From assembly GCA_963738245.1 (NCBI GenBank), contig CAVTWB010000010.1, positions 161,603 to 225,602 on the forward strand: 64,000 nucleotides of DNA, written 5' to 3'. How positions within the stretch are numbered: position 1 is the first letter of the stretch; each line of letters begins with the position of its first letter. Origin of the DNA: an uncultured Verrucomicrobiae bacterium. GTDB lineage: Bacteria > Verrucomicrobiota > Verrucomicrobiia > Limisphaerales > UBA11358. Positions 1 to 9,278 of the stretch are shown in pieces. Position numbers and translations under genes: made by a program. The notes under the pieces are model-generated. The model searched no databases. It was not told the DNA's origin and saw nothing but the letters and a program-made list of their open reading frames with translations.

Positions 1-996
1 TCATCCGTCCAGTGCGCCGGATGAGTGTAAAGCAGGCGGATCCAGAAATCGCCTTTCAACGAATTCAGCTCGCGCAGCAGCGTGCAAATGGTTGCGGCAT
101 CGGCGGGCAGCGATTTGGCGGCGGCGGAAAATTTCTCCGGCGACGAAATCGCGCGCGAATGGTTCGGGCGCAAATCGAGACCGTAATAAGTCGAATCCTG
201 CGAAATCAGATTGATTTCCTTCACGCCATCGGCAATCAAGGCTTTTGCTTCCTTGACGATGTCGCGTTGCGTCCGGCTGCGGTGCGAGCCACGCATCCGG
301 GGAATAATGCAGAAGCTGCACGGATGATTGCAGCCCTCGGCGATTTTCAGATACGCAAAATGTTTCGGCGTCAGCCGGAAGCGCGGCGTGCTAAAATCGG
401 GGATGAAAACCGGGCGCGCGGTCACGTCCAGAATTGCGGATTGGGGCACGATGACGGTTTTTGTTTTCCCGAATTTGTCCGTGCCGCGCAGGGATTCTTC
501 TTTTTCGAGGGCGGACAAGTCGCGGGATTTTTCCAGTTCGTTCAAACGCGAAACAACTGTGCCTTTCTGGACTTTGGGCTTTGGGCTTTGGATTTTGGAC
601 TCCCGGTTGGCAATCGCCTTGCCCACGATGTCGCCGACCTGCGCGACCTGGTCAATGCCCATGAACGCGTCCACTTCGGGCATGAGCTTGGGCAGCTCCT
701 CGCGAAACCGCTGCGAGAGGCAGCCGGAAACGATGACGGCCTGGCCGCGCCGGCTCGCGTCGCGCAACTCGACGGATTCAAGAATGGTGTCCACGCTTTC
801 TTCCTGCGCGGAATCAATGAAGGAGCAGGTATTGACGATCACGGCATCGGCCTGCGACGCGTCGTTCGTGATCTCCACGCCGCTTTTCATCAACGAGCCG
901 AGCATGATTTCTGCGTCCACCAGATTCTTGGCGCAGCCGAGCGAAATCAAGCCGACGCGCAACGGACGGTTTTTTAATTTTTTGTCTTCAGTCACG
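1..996 (-). CDS. rimO: ribosomal protein S12 methylthiotransferase RimO (3' end runs off the window; 5' end frame-broken as assembled)
   Basis: The minus-strand frame is open from 974 to 3. It reads RVGLISLGCAKNLVDAEIMLG...IVSGCLSQR...YLKIAEGCNHPCSFCIIP (radical-SAM CxxxCxxC)...THPAHWTD. A plausible N-terminus VTEDKKLKNRPL (GTG at 996) is in the neighbouring frame, implying one extra base near 958-962. Confidence 0.85.
567..599 (-). repeat. 33-nt four-heptamer word element (CCAAA-type variant) in-frame inside rimO
   Basis: The coding strand reads TCCAAAA TCCAAAG CCCAAAG CCCAAAG TCCAG, which is 4x7+5 nt and encodes SKIQSPKPKVQ. It lies within a roughly 50-aa K/E-rich linker expansion between the MTTase N-domain and the radical-SAM domain. 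Confidence 0.7.
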
Positions 997-1035
997 GAAG
1001 AATAAGCCTACGCGAACCGGCGGCTATGGTCGAAA

Positions 1036-2589
1036 TTAATTCGCGGCGGAGTTGGTTGTGACAGTCTCAACAGCGTTCGTCACCGCCGCGGGCGGCGTGT
1101 TGGTGGAAACGGGTCCGACAACCGGCGCGACGGTTTCAGCGGGCAAACTGAGCTGGGTTCGCAAAACGGCGCGCATGGCGTAGGGCATGCCTTTCTGCGG
1201 ATCGAGCAGGTCGTTCAGCACGGTGCGATTGTAAACCTCAAACGGCGACAAACCGACACGCGCGAGGTTGCTCTGCATCTTGGAAATCTTCTTCTGATAG
1301 TTGTCATAAACTTTTCGCGCGAGCAGCCGGAAGCCGGCGGAACGGTCGTCCTGCCCGATGGCCAGCTCGTAATAAGACCGCGCCAGCAGCCCTTCGATGA
1401 CCCCGGTGATGCGTTCCTGCGAGGTGTCGCCGACCTCCGATTGCACGCGCGCCACGGCGTATTCGTCGAGCGTGAGATTGCGCGGCAAGGAATTTTGGTC
1501 GTTGTCCAAAATGGGCTTGTCCGGATATTTTTCGCCGAGGATTTTATACCACTTGGCGGCGTCGGCTGCGCGGTTGTTTTCGTAGAGAAAATAAACCGCG
1601 TCCTTCAGAAAATTCCGGTGGGCGTTGCTGATGTGGTCGCGGTTTTTCGCGTCCTCCCGCATCATGGTTTCATACGCATCATTGACTTTGGCAACCAAAT
1701 CCAGATTCGGCTCCAGCGAGGCGGTTTTGGCAAAGGGATCCTTGATGATGCGCCCGTGATGAAACGCCTGGAGCATGGACTGGTAAATAATGCGGCGCAA
1801 AGTGATCACATCATCGGCCTTCACCTTGTCCGGATTTTCCTTCGCTTTTTGCAATCCGAGCGCGCCCCAGTAAATCGCCTGTGCTTCCGGCAGCCGCCAG
1901 TCGAGCGGACCCCATTCCTCGTTCACTTTTTCGGCAAAGGCCGGGTCCATCTTGAATTTTTCGCGCAGCACGAGCGCATTTGTCCGGGCTTCGGCAGACG
2001 TCGGATTGATCAACTCGGAGAAATTCGTCCCGTCGGCGCCAAAAAACGGCTCCATTTCCATCGCCCATTGCTGTTTGTAATACGCATTCGCGTCGTCAAG
2101 ATTTTGCCCCATCTTGTGCTGGAAAAACCACGCCAGTTCGCGATAAATCAAAAGGTCGTTCGGATTGTAGCGCAGGCCTTCGTCGCGCAGCAGTTCGATG
2201 CCGCGCTCGACCCAGCGCCAGCGGTCGGGAAAATCCTTGAACTTGACGGAAATGTTGTAGGCCATGTTCCAGCCTTGAAACAGCCAGACCTGCGTGAAGC
2301 TCGGCTCCAGATCCGTGATCCAGGTGGCGAGCTGCGCCGCCTCGAAAAACTTGTCGTCGTTCTGCAAATCGTTGGCACGAATCCAGAGCGCATTGGCGAT
2401 CAGCCCGCGAAAGCCGCCCAGCGCGACCGTGGTGAACGCCAGCACCGGCGGCGCATTTTCCAGCGCGTTCATGCGCGTCAGGCCGAGCTGTTCGCGGTCG
2501 CGGTTCAGGGCATTTTGCAACTGGCCGGAACCCGCCAGCAAAATTGCCGCGAGCAGGAGCAGAAGAAATTTTTTGGCGCGGGCGTTCAT
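1036..2589 (-). CDS. conserved hypothetical membrane-anchored/exported protein (517 aa)
   Basis: Long ORF with an N-terminal signal/TM (MNARAKKFLLLLLAAILLAG) and a second hydrophobic segment. A 4-nt ATGA overlap with the upstream permease gene suggests an operon. No family recognised. Confidence 0.65.
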   Translation of the reverse strand: MNARAKKFLLLLLAAILLAGSGQLQNALNRDREQLGLTRMNALENAPPVLAFTTVALGGFRGLIANALWIRANDLQNDDKFFEAAQLATWITDLEPSFTQVWLFQGWNMAYNISVKFKDFPDRWRWVERGIELLRDEGLRYNPNDLLIYRELAWFFQHKMGQNLDDANAYYKQQWAMEMEPFFGADGTNFSELINPTSAEARTNALVLREKFKMDPAFAEKVNEEWGPLDWRLPEAQAIYWGALGLQKAKENPDKVKADDVITLRRIIYQSMLQAFHHGRIIKDPFAKTASLEPNLDLVAKVNDAYETMMREDAKNRDHISNAHRNFLKDAVYFLYENNRAADAAKWYKILGEKYPDKPILDNDQNSLPRNLTLDEYAVARVQSEVGDTSQERITGVIEGLLARSYYELAIGQDDRSAGFRLLARKVYDNYQKKISKMQSNLARVGLSPFEVYNRTVLNDLLDPQKGMPYAMRAVLRTQLSLPAETVAPVVGPVSTNTPPAAVTNAVETVTTNSAAN

Positions 2590-3974
2590 TGCGTTCCCTG
2601 CGCCGTCGCCAGTTCACGGCGATGAAACAGCGCGATGCCCGCCAGCGCGACGATGCCGCCGAGCAGCAAAACGATTTGCCCGAACGCCAGCCCCAGTTCA
2701 CTCCAGGTGATGGCCCGGCCGGTGCTCAACGAGTCGATCGGCGAAAAATTTTGCACCAGCCGCGTGACGGCCAGAATGCCCTTGAACATCGGGATCAGCA
2801 CCGCATCCGCGCCCGAATGCCCCATCACGCCGGTCTCCTCGTTGCCGCCCACGACCGTGCCGGACTCGACCGCGTCCGCCAGCGTGCCGCTCGACAGAAT
2901 GACGACCAGCATCGCCAGCGAGAAAAATGCAGCGACCGGAAACGAAAGAAAACTTGCCGCCGCCAGCCCCAGCGCCGCCATCAGCGCCATCCAGCAGAAA
3001 ATGATGCCCAGCCCGCGCGCAAAATTCAGCGCGAAGCCGCCTTCGGGATACAAAACCTCCATGCCGTCCTCGAGCGGGAACAGCAGCGCCGTTTCGTTCG
3101 GGTTCACAAAAATGATGGTGAGCACGCCGTTCGTGTCGAACAGATTCGGCGGGATTTCAAACTCGTGGAACGTGTCCGCCGCGAGGCTCATCGGCATTTG
3201 CGTCTGCCACAGCTTCGTGCTGCCCGGCACGCCGGCCTGCCACAAGGCAAGATAGGTGCCCGACGCGGTTTTCTGCGCCGCGTTGAATTTCACCCGCAGT
3301 TGCAGCGGCTTGTCCTGCAGAAAATTTTTGGCGAACCCCAGGTCAATCTGCCATTCGTGCTGATAGCCTGGCGGCACCACCTGCCATTCGGCCTTGACCT
3401 GCTCGCGAATCTGCTTTTCCACTTCCGGCAGGTCCGCCGTTGTGACCGGGCTGGATTTTAACCGCTCCTGCAAAACCTGTTTCGCCTCGGCGTCAATTTC
3501 CGCGTCGTGACTTTGCTCCTTCGCCGAACCACGCGCGACCAGCACCTGCTCGCGCAAAATTTTTTGTTCCGCCGCCGGCAATTTCCCCGCGCGCCATTGC
3601 AGCAATCCCAAAACGCACACGCCGGAAATCGCCAGCAACACCGCGTTCAGCGACACGATGCCGAGCCACTTGCCGAGCCAGATCTGCCAGCGCGCAATCG
3701 GCTTCGTCGCGACGACCTGGATCTGGCATTCCTCGATGTCGCGCGCCAGCGTGCCGCACGCCAGCCACAACGTCGAAAGCCCGAGCAGCGCCGTGATGGC
3801 GCTCAACGTGTAAGTCAGGATGATCTGCGTGAAACCCTGCGCCGTGCCGTCGTCCTGGATAACGAGCGGCAAACCGACCACCGCCAGGATCAGTAGCACC
3901 GCGATGACGAGGAACAGCTTGAACCGCAGCGCGGCCTTCCAAGTCAACCAGGCAATGGCGAGAATTCTTTGCAT
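2586..3974 (-). CDS. ABC-2/NosY-like transporter permease with a large central extracytoplasmic domain
   Basis: Multiple TM segments at both ends, and an ABC-2-like motif ARDIEECQIQVVATKPIARWQ. It lies downstream of an ABC ATPase gene. Confidence 0.65.
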   Translation of the reverse strand: MQRILAIAWLTWKAALRFKLFLVIAVLLILAVVGLPLVIQDDGTAQGFTQIILTYTLSAITALLGLSTLWLACGTLARDIEECQIQVVATKPIARWQIWLGKWLGIVSLNAVLLAISGVCVLGLLQWRAGKLPAAEQKILREQVLVARGSAKEQSHDAEIDAEAKQVLQERLKSSPVTTADLPEVEKQIREQVKAEWQVVPPGYQHEWQIDLGFAKNFLQDKPLQLRVKFNAAQKTASGTYLALWQAGVPGSTKLWQTQMPMSLAADTFHEFEIPPNLFDTNGVLTIIFVNPNETALLFPLEDGMEVLYPEGGFALNFARGLGIIFCWMALMAALGLAAASFLSFPVAAFFSLAMLVVILSSGTLADAVESGTVVGGNEETGVMGHSGADAVLIPMFKGILAVTRLVQNFSPIDSLSTGRAITWSELGLAFGQIVLLLGGIVALAGIALFHRRELATAQGTQ

Positions 3975-3983
3975 TAAAATTCA

Positions 3984-4054
3984 GTCAGACACGAATTTCA
4001 CGGATTGACACGAATTAAAATCTGGTTGGTGAAAACTCGTGCAACTCGTGTCTC
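3984..4054. repeat. inverted pair of tandem-word arms (acacgaatt-type words), hairpin-forming
   Basis: cagacacgaatttcacggattgacacgaatt ... aaactcgtgcaactcgtgtctc. It fills the spacer between the ABC ATPase stop and the permease start. Confidence 0.55.
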
Positions 4055-5243
4055 ATTTTGGTTTTCCCAGCAGCGACGAAAGTTTCTCATCCGCCTTCGA
4101 CAAATCCACCGGCTTCGATTCCGGTGCAGGTTTGGCCGTTTGCGGGGCTGGCTGGCTGGCCTGTGCCAGCGCTTCGAGTTTTTTGGCATCCACTTTCGGC
4201 GCGGCCGTTGGCAACACCGGCTTGGCTTCAACGGCCACCGGCGCAGCCTGCGGCAGCGACAGCTTTTCCAGAACTTTCTCCGCCGCCGGTTTTGCCTCCA
4301 TGCCGCCGCGCAAATATTCCGCCACGCGCGCCCCGGATTGCGCGCCGCTGGTTTCATGCGCCGCCGTGCGCGCCTTCGCCACCACGTCGAGAAAATAGCT
4401 CTCGAGATTCTGCGTCGGATTGTCCACGCGCACTTCGCCGGTCGAAACGTCCTTGCGGATGATTTCCAAAACCCGTTCCAAAGTTTCGCGCGGAAGCACC
4501 GGCGTGGTGATTTGCAGCGTGTCCGGCGTCGCCAGCAAATCCTTCAGCGTGCCGGCGGCCTGGATTTTTCCGCCATAATAAATCACCACGCGGTCGCAAA
4601 CATCTTCGACATCGGAAAGCAGGTGGCTGCTCAAAATCACCGTCTTGCCGCGCCGCGCCAGCGCGATGATCAAATCCTTCACCTCACGGCAGCCAATCGG
4701 GTCAAGCCCGGCGGTCGGCTCGTCGAGAATCACCAGATCCGGATCATTGATGAGCGCCTGCGCCAGCCCGATGCGGCGCTGCATGCCTTTGGAAAATTCG
4801 CCGACCGCACGCGTCTGCGTTTTGCCGAGGCCAACCATTTCCAGCAATTGTTCCGCGCGACTGTCGCGCTCGCCTTTCGAGAGATGAAACAGGTTTCCGA
4901 AAAAATCCAGCGTCTCGCGCGAATTAAGATAGCGATACAAATATGATTCTTCCGGCAGATAGCCGATGCGCGATTTCGTCTGCACATGTCGTGGCGAATG
5001 GTCGAAGACCTCGATGTGACCCTTGGTCGGATTCAGCAAGCCGAGCAGCAGCTTGACCGTCGTGGATTTGCCGGAACCGTTCGGGCCAAGCAATCCGAAA
5101 ACTTCGCCGCGCCGGACTTCAAAATCCACATTGTCCACCGCGCGCGCCTTCGGGCGGTTCCAGAAATCCTTGAAGACTTTGGTCAGGCCACGAACAGAAA
5201 CAACAACTTCTCCGTTAGATTTCGGATGCGACTCGGCGGACAT
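4053..5243 (-). CDS. ABC transporter ATP-binding protein with a low-complexity A/P/K-rich C-terminal tail
   Basis: Walker A GPNGSGKST, signature-like FSKGMQRR, Walker B LVILDEPTAGLD. The tail reads ...AKPAAEKVLEKLSLPQAAPVAVEAKPV... Confidence 0.9.
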   Translation of the reverse strand: MSAESHPKSNGEVVVSVRGLTKVFKDFWNRPKARAVDNVDFEVRRGEVFGLLGPNGSGKSTTVKLLLGLLNPTKGHIEVFDHSPRHVQTKSRIGYLPEESYLYRYLNSRETLDFFGNLFHLSKGERDSRAEQLLEMVGLGKTQTRAVGEFSKGMQRRIGLAQALINDPDLVILDEPTAGLDPIGCREVKDLIIALARRGKTVILSSHLLSDVEDVCDRVVIYYGGKIQAAGTLKDLLATPDTLQITTPVLPRETLERVLEIIRKDVSTGEVRVDNPTQNLESYFLDVVAKARTAAHETSGAQSGARVAEYLRGGMEAKPAAEKVLEKLSLPQAAPVAVEAKPVLPTAAPKVDAKKLEALAQASQPAPQTAKPAPESKPVDLSKADEKLSSLLGKPK

Positions 5244-5261
5244 AAATCAATAGGTTGAGAT

Positions 5262-7253
5262 TCACGCCATCTTCGGCGTCAATTGACCGGCGGACGGACG
5301 TTCCGGTGTTTCCATTTCGGGATGGAAATGTTCCAGTTCCTCGCCTTTGCGCACGAGCCGGGCGCTGTTGAAAATCACGATGAGCGAGCCGATGTTGTGC
5401 AGCAGCGCCGCCACAATCGGGCCAATGTAGCCGAACGCCGTTGCCGCCAGGCCGACAATAATGAACACGACGCCGAAGGCAAAATTCTGGTTGATGACCG
5501 CGCGCGTGCTGCGAGAGAGATTCACCAAAAACGGGAGGCGGCGCAGATCATTGTTCATCAGCGCAATTGTCGCGCTGTGGATGGCCACTTCGCTGCCCGC
5601 CGCGCCCATCGCGATGCCGATGTCGCCGGCAGCAAGCGCAGGCGCGTCGTTCACGCCGTCGCCGATGACCGCGACTTTGTAGCCTTTCGCTTTCATGGCG
5701 CGGACAAATTCAACTTTGTTCTGCGGCAGACAATCGCCCTTCGCTTCTTCGCAGCCGATCTCGGCGGCGACGCGCGTGGCGACGACTTGCCGGTCGCCGG
5801 AAATCATCGCGACGCGGCGGACGCCGGCTTCTTTCAATTCCGCCAGCGCTTCCTTCGCCTCGGCGCGCGTCTGATCCTGCAGACCGACCCAGCCGACGCA
5901 CTTCCCGTTTTGCGCGACGAAAATCAGGCTCCAGCCTTCGGTTTCGTTCAAGTCCACCGATTTCTCGAAGCTCGCATCAATGCCGTTGTCCTTGAGCCAT
6001 TGCGCGCGGCCAACGAGAATTGTTGCGCCGTGGATTTGCGCCTTCACGCCGCGACCGGCGGTTTCGGCAAAATCTTTCGGCTCGGCCAGCGGAACGCCGG
6101 CTTCGCCGGCGAGCGTGGCGAGGGCCTTGGCGGTCGGGTGGTTGCTGTATTTTTCAGCGGACGCGGCGAGCAGCAAAAGTTCGGCCGGCTTGGTTTCACC
6201 AATTGGCGCGAGGCGGCTGACGGCGAGTTGGCCGGTGGTCAGCGTGCCGGTTTTGTCGAAGACGAACGCGTTGATCTTCGCCGCAAGTTCGATGTCGGCG
6301 ACGTTCTTGATTAAAATTCCCAGACGCGCGGCGGCGGACAGCGCGGCGACCATCGCGGTCGGCGTCGCGAGAATGAAGGCGCACGGACAGGAAACGACGA
6401 ACACGGCGATGACGCGGTTCAAATCGTGCGTGAACGCCCAGACCAGCGCGCCGATGACCAGCACCAACGGCGTGTAAAAACCCATGTATTGATCCACGAT
6501 TTTCTGGATCGGCAATTTGGTTTTTTCGGCGGCGATAATCAGTTCACGCACGCGGCCCAGCGTCGTGTCTTCGCCGGCGCGGCTGACTTTGATTTCCAGA
6601 ACGCCGGTCAGATTTTGCGTGCCGGCAAAAACTTCGTCGCCGGTAATTTTTTCGGCGGGCAAAGATTCACCGGTGATGGTGGCCTGATTGAAGGAGCCTT
6701 GGCCGTTCACAATAATTCCGTCGGCAGCAACATTATCACCGGGACGAATTCTGATTACATCGCCAACCGCAAGCTGGCTCGCGGCGACTTCTTCTTCATT
6801 TCCGTCTTTCAAAATGCGACGCGCTTTCGTCGGAGCTAATTTGATTAAAGATTCGATGGAATTGCGCGCGCCCTCGGCGGTGCGGGTCTCGATGATTTCG
6901 CCGGTGAGCATGAAGAAGGCGACGATGCCGGCGGTCTCGTAATTGCCGGAGGCGAACGCGGCGAGCACGGCGATGGCGACGAGTTCGTTGATGCTCAAAC
7001 GGCCGACACGCAAATCCTTGATGGCGGTCACGACGATTGGATAGCCAAGAATAATCGAGCCGATCATGGCGCTGGCGCTGGCGAGCGTGGTGCCGGATTC
7101 AAACAGCCAGTCCACAATGAAGGCGTTGAGGACAAAGACGACGCCGAGAACCGCCTGCCCGATATGCACAACGGAATGTTCGTGGTCGTGGCCGCAGCCG
7201 CATTCCGGCCCGTGCTCGTGTTCGTGATGGCTCAATAGCGACGTGACTTGCAT
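5262..7253 (-). CDS. heavy-metal translocating P1B-type ATPase with a His-rich N-terminus
   Basis: SCPCAF (CPC) in the TM helix, DKTGTLT phosphorylation site, GDGVNDAPAL hinge. N-terminus SHHEHEHGPECGCGHDHEH. The last TM carries HNIGSLIVIFNS. Confidence 0.92.
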   Translation of the reverse strand: MQVTSLLSHHEHEHGPECGCGHDHEHSVVHIGQAVLGVVFVLNAFIVDWLFESGTTLASASAMIGSIILGYPIVVTAIKDLRVGRLSINELVAIAVLAAFASGNYETAGIVAFFMLTGEIIETRTAEGARNSIESLIKLAPTKARRILKDGNEEEVAASQLAVGDVIRIRPGDNVAADGIIVNGQGSFNQATITGESLPAEKITGDEVFAGTQNLTGVLEIKVSRAGEDTTLGRVRELIIAAEKTKLPIQKIVDQYMGFYTPLVLVIGALVWAFTHDLNRVIAVFVVSCPCAFILATPTAMVAALSAAARLGILIKNVADIELAAKINAFVFDKTGTLTTGQLAVSRLAPIGETKPAELLLLAASAEKYSNHPTAKALATLAGEAGVPLAEPKDFAETAGRGVKAQIHGATILVGRAQWLKDNGIDASFEKSVDLNETEGWSLIFVAQNGKCVGWVGLQDQTRAEAKEALAELKEAGVRRVAMISGDRQVVATRVAAEIGCEEAKGDCLPQNKVEFVRAMKAKGYKVAVIGDGVNDAPALAAGDIGIAMGAAGSEVAIHSATIALMNNDLRRLPFLVNLSRSTRAVINQNFAFGVVFIIVGLAATAFGYIGPIVAALLHNIGSLIVIFNSARLVRKGEELEHFHPEMETPERPSAGQLTPKMA

Positions 7254-7282
7254 AACAAATTTTTAAGTTTTCAATTTGCGAA

Positions 7283-8371
7283 TTACGGATTCGCCGCCGG
7301 TTTCGGTTCCGGCGGTTCACGATTTAATTGTAGCCGAAGTTCGCGCGGTTTGCCATCGGCGCGCTGGGACAAAAACCATTTGTCCTGCACATTCGTAAAC
7401 GCCGGCCCAATCACCTGCACGAACGTCTGCTGCACGAACAGGCTCGAATTGGCCTCGTATTGCGGCAGCAGGTCGCCGAACCGCTTCGCCTCGGCGGTGA
7501 TGGACTCGACATAGCGCACGCGCTCGGCGGCGGCGGCGTTCGTGATGGACGTGGCCTGCGCACCGGACTGGTTCAAGACCTGGTTCTCGTAGCTGTGCGC
7601 GTCGTTGAGCAGCTTGTTGCGGTTTTCGCGCGCGTCGGTGACCAGCGCGAACACCGGCTGCAACTGGCGCGGCGGAATGCTCTGCACCTCGCAATTGTCA
7701 ATGACGATGCCCAACTGCGCCCGTTCCACCAAATCGCTGACGCGCTGCTGCACGGCTTCGCGAAAACCTGACACGTCGCGCGTGAGGATGTCGTCCACGT
7801 TGAACTTTGCGGCGGTGTAGAGCAGCGCGTTGTCCAGCGCGTTCTGCACGGCGTTCGAGGCGGCCACGAAATCGAACACATAATGAATCGGGTCATCAAT
7901 GTGATAATACAGCGTCGCGCGGGTGTGGATGATGTTGTGGTCGGCGGTGATGACATAGCCGTCCACCGCCGGGTTCAGCGACGGGCCGGCGGGCATTTCC
8001 TCGCCGCTCAATTCCGCCTCCGGCGTGGTCAGATACCAGCCGTTGTTGGAGGAAACTTTCTGAATTTCCGTGATGGGTATCCGCACCACCTCGTCAATCG
8101 GATATGGCAGCGACCAGTGCAATCCCGCCGTCAGCAAGGCTTTTTGTCCTTCGCCGACCGGCTTGCCGAAGCGGAGAATCACCGCCTTTTCCTGCGGGCC
8201 GACGGTAAAAAAACCGGAGCAGAAAAACGCGACGACCATCAGCGCCATGACGACTTTGACAATCGCAAAACTGCTGCTCAACGCCTCGGCCAGCGCCTGC
8301 GAGCCGGCGTCATCCGCGTGAACCGGCGCGGCGTGCTCGTGCTCGTGATGATGTTCGTGCTCGTCGCTCAT
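7283..8371 (-). CDS. SPFH/band-7 (HflK-like) membrane protein with a His-rich cytoplasmic N-terminus
   Basis: MSDEHEHHHEHEHAAPVH..., then one TM, then an SPFH-type start VGPQEKAVILRFGKPVG. It lies 29 nt upstream of the P-type ATPase gene. Confidence 0.8.
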   Translation of the reverse strand: MSDEHEHHHEHEHAAPVHADDAGSQALAEALSSSFAIVKVVMALMVVAFFCSGFFTVGPQEKAVILRFGKPVGEGQKALLTAGLHWSLPYPIDEVVRIPITEIQKVSSNNGWYLTTPEAELSGEEMPAGPSLNPAVDGYVITADHNIIHTRATLYYHIDDPIHYVFDFVAASNAVQNALDNALLYTAAKFNVDDILTRDVSGFREAVQQRVSDLVERAQLGIVIDNCEVQSIPPRQLQPVFALVTDARENRNKLLNDAHSYENQVLNQSGAQATSITNAAAAERVRYVESITAEAKRFGDLLPQYEANSSLFVQQTFVQVIGPAFTNVQDKWFLSQRADGKPRELRLQLNREPPEPKPAANP

Positions 8372-8372
8372 G

Positions 8373-9278
8373 TCAGTGAATCGGCGGATTGGCGGGAATG
8401 CCGGTGAACAAATCGAACGGCGGCGTGCGCTCGTCGAAAATCAAAGTCGAGCGCTGGTTGAGCGCCTGTTGCAGCGCGTCAATCCGCAGGAGGAAATTCG
8501 CCAGATCGGGATTCTGCTGGAACACCGGCAGCACCTTGGCGGCCTCGGCCTCGCCTTCGCCGCGGATGCGCGTGGCGTCGGCCACGGCGTTGTTGACGGT
8601 CTCGGACGCCTGCCGGTCGGCGGCGGACTTGATTTTCTGAGCTTCGGCCTCGCCCTCGTATTGAAACTGGTTGATGAGAATCTGCCGGTCGGAAGTCATG
8701 CGCGCAAAAACCGCCTGCGTGATGCTTTCCGGCAAACCGATTTTTTTGAAGCCGAGAAATTCCAGCCTGATACCGCAATTGTTCGTCTCCAACTGCGCCT
8801 GGACGGCCTGCTCGATTTCACCTTCAATCGCGTCGAACTGCAATTCCTTCGGATCCGCGTTCACAAACTCGGAGAGCGTGTGCTTGCCGATGACGGCGCT
8901 CTTGGCGCTGCGCAACATGCTTTCAAGCATCCGCTGCGCAGCCGGCACGGAGCCGCCGGCGAATTTCGGGAAGAATGTTTGCGCGTCGGAAATTTTCCAG
9001 CCGACATAAACGCTCGTAAGCAGATTATTATTATCCGCCGTCAGGTTTTCGCTGAACTTGTCCTCGAAATTCTGGACGCGCTGGTCGAATTTATAAACTT
9101 TCTGGACCGGCCACGGCCATTTGAAATACGCGCCCGGCTCGGTCAGGTCGCGCACCGGCTTGCCGAACGTGGTGACGACGGCGACCTCGGACTGGCGCAC
9201 TTGAAACACAAACAGCAGCAGCGCGAAAATGACAATCAGCACTGCGCCGATGACGACGGTTAACAAATTTCTTTTCAT
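8373..9278 (-). CDS. SPFH/band-7 protein, HflC-like
   Basis: N-terminal TM, then VRQSEVAVVTTFGKP, and a C-terminal EGEAEAQKI...GEGEAEAAK coiled region typical of HflC/HflK. Tightly packed with its neighbours. Confidence 0.85.
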   Translation of the reverse strand: MKRNLLTVVIGAVLIVIFALLLFVFQVRQSEVAVVTTFGKPVRDLTEPGAYFKWPWPVQKVYKFDQRVQNFEDKFSENLTADNNNLLTSVYVGWKISDAQTFFPKFAGGSVPAAQRMLESMLRSAKSAVIGKHTLSEFVNADPKELQFDAIEGEIEQAVQAQLETNNCGIRLEFLGFKKIGLPESITQAVFARMTSDRQILINQFQYEGEAEAQKIKSAADRQASETVNNAVADATRIRGEGEAEAAKVLPVFQQNPDLANFLLRIDALQQALNQRSTLIFDERTPPFDLFTGIPANPPIH

